NCBI RefSeq assembly: GCF_000008665.1
Contig: NC_000917.1
Location: 1,140,001-1,172,000 of the forward strand
Origin: Archaeoglobus fulgidus DSM 4304
GTDB taxonomy: Archaea > Halobacteriota > Archaeoglobi > Archaeoglobales > Archaeoglobaceae
Direction: 5' to 3'
DNA: 32,000 nucleotides
Position numbers and translations under genes: made by a program. Shown one piece after another: positions 31,964 to 32,000 of the stretch (the stretch's first letter is position 1; the number at the start of each line of letters is the position of its first letter). The notes beneath the pieces are model-generated. The model was given only the letters and a program-made list of their open reading frames with translations. It was not told the DNA's origin and did not search any database.

Positions 31964-32000
31964 GGGCTGTAATCACACCATGACACCTGCAGGCGGTGGC

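Noticed and set aside
31980-32000. ATG followed by an open frame (MTPAGGG...) at the right edge
   Set aside because: Only 7 codons are visible, so coding cannot be supported.

Overview
This 32 kb window is gene-dense chromosome (coding on both strands, about 35 genes) from a euryarchaeon. It looks like Archaeoglobus fulgidus, judging from memory of three things: a heat-shock operon (HSR1/Phr-like regulator, Cdc48, Hsp20) with a CTAAC-N5-GTTAG operator, an insertion sequence (IS) exactly 963 bp long (ISA0963-like), and an AMA-type AAA protein.

Gene content from left to right:
- An overlapping minus-strand operon: argB, a TIM-barrel isomerase-like gene, and a LOR/SDH (ornithine-cyclodeaminase-like) gene that runs off the left edge.
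- tRNA-Arg(UCU), pfpI, two hypothetical genes, thioredoxin, and the AMA-type AAA ATPase.
- A frameshifted AcuC/HDAC-like deacetylase 6 nt downstream of an AMP-forming acyl-CoA synthetase.
- A divergent 7-gene B12 acyl-CoA mutase operon: large subunit, B12 subunit, MeaB, PduO-type adenosyltransferase, thiolase, DUF35 and acyl-CoA dehydrogenase.
- A VIT1-like transporter, tRNA-Glu(CUC), a Cys-rich DUF2703-like protein, and the heat-shock operon.
- A degenerate IS relic, then gar1 overlapping tfb.
- An ABC-2 transporter with a frameshifted permease, a small unannotated ORF, and fae-hps followed by tpiA.
- DUF362, a Cys-rich DUF166-like protein, a Tmk-like kinase coupled to a dolichol-kinase-like membrane protein, and an intact ISA0963-like IS.
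- A radical SAM protein, a LolA-like lipoprotein and DUF169.

The most interesting observation is that the 'methylmalonyl-CoA mutase' large subunit carries Phe and Gln at the two substrate-carboxylate positions, which is the isobutyryl-CoA mutase signature. Its gene context is short or branched acyl-CoA oxidation rather than propionate metabolism.

Other notable points:
- The tRNA-Arg has a G3:U70 pair.
- Two 1-nt frameshifts sit in short homopolymers.
- An 83-nt stretch codes for both gar1 and tfb.
- Chained ATGA mini-ORFs precede the mutase gene.
- The IS insertion is flanked by 16-bp direct repeats inside a divergent promoter region.

All family calls come from motif recognition by eye and memory. 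No searches were run. No CRISPR array or rRNA was seen.
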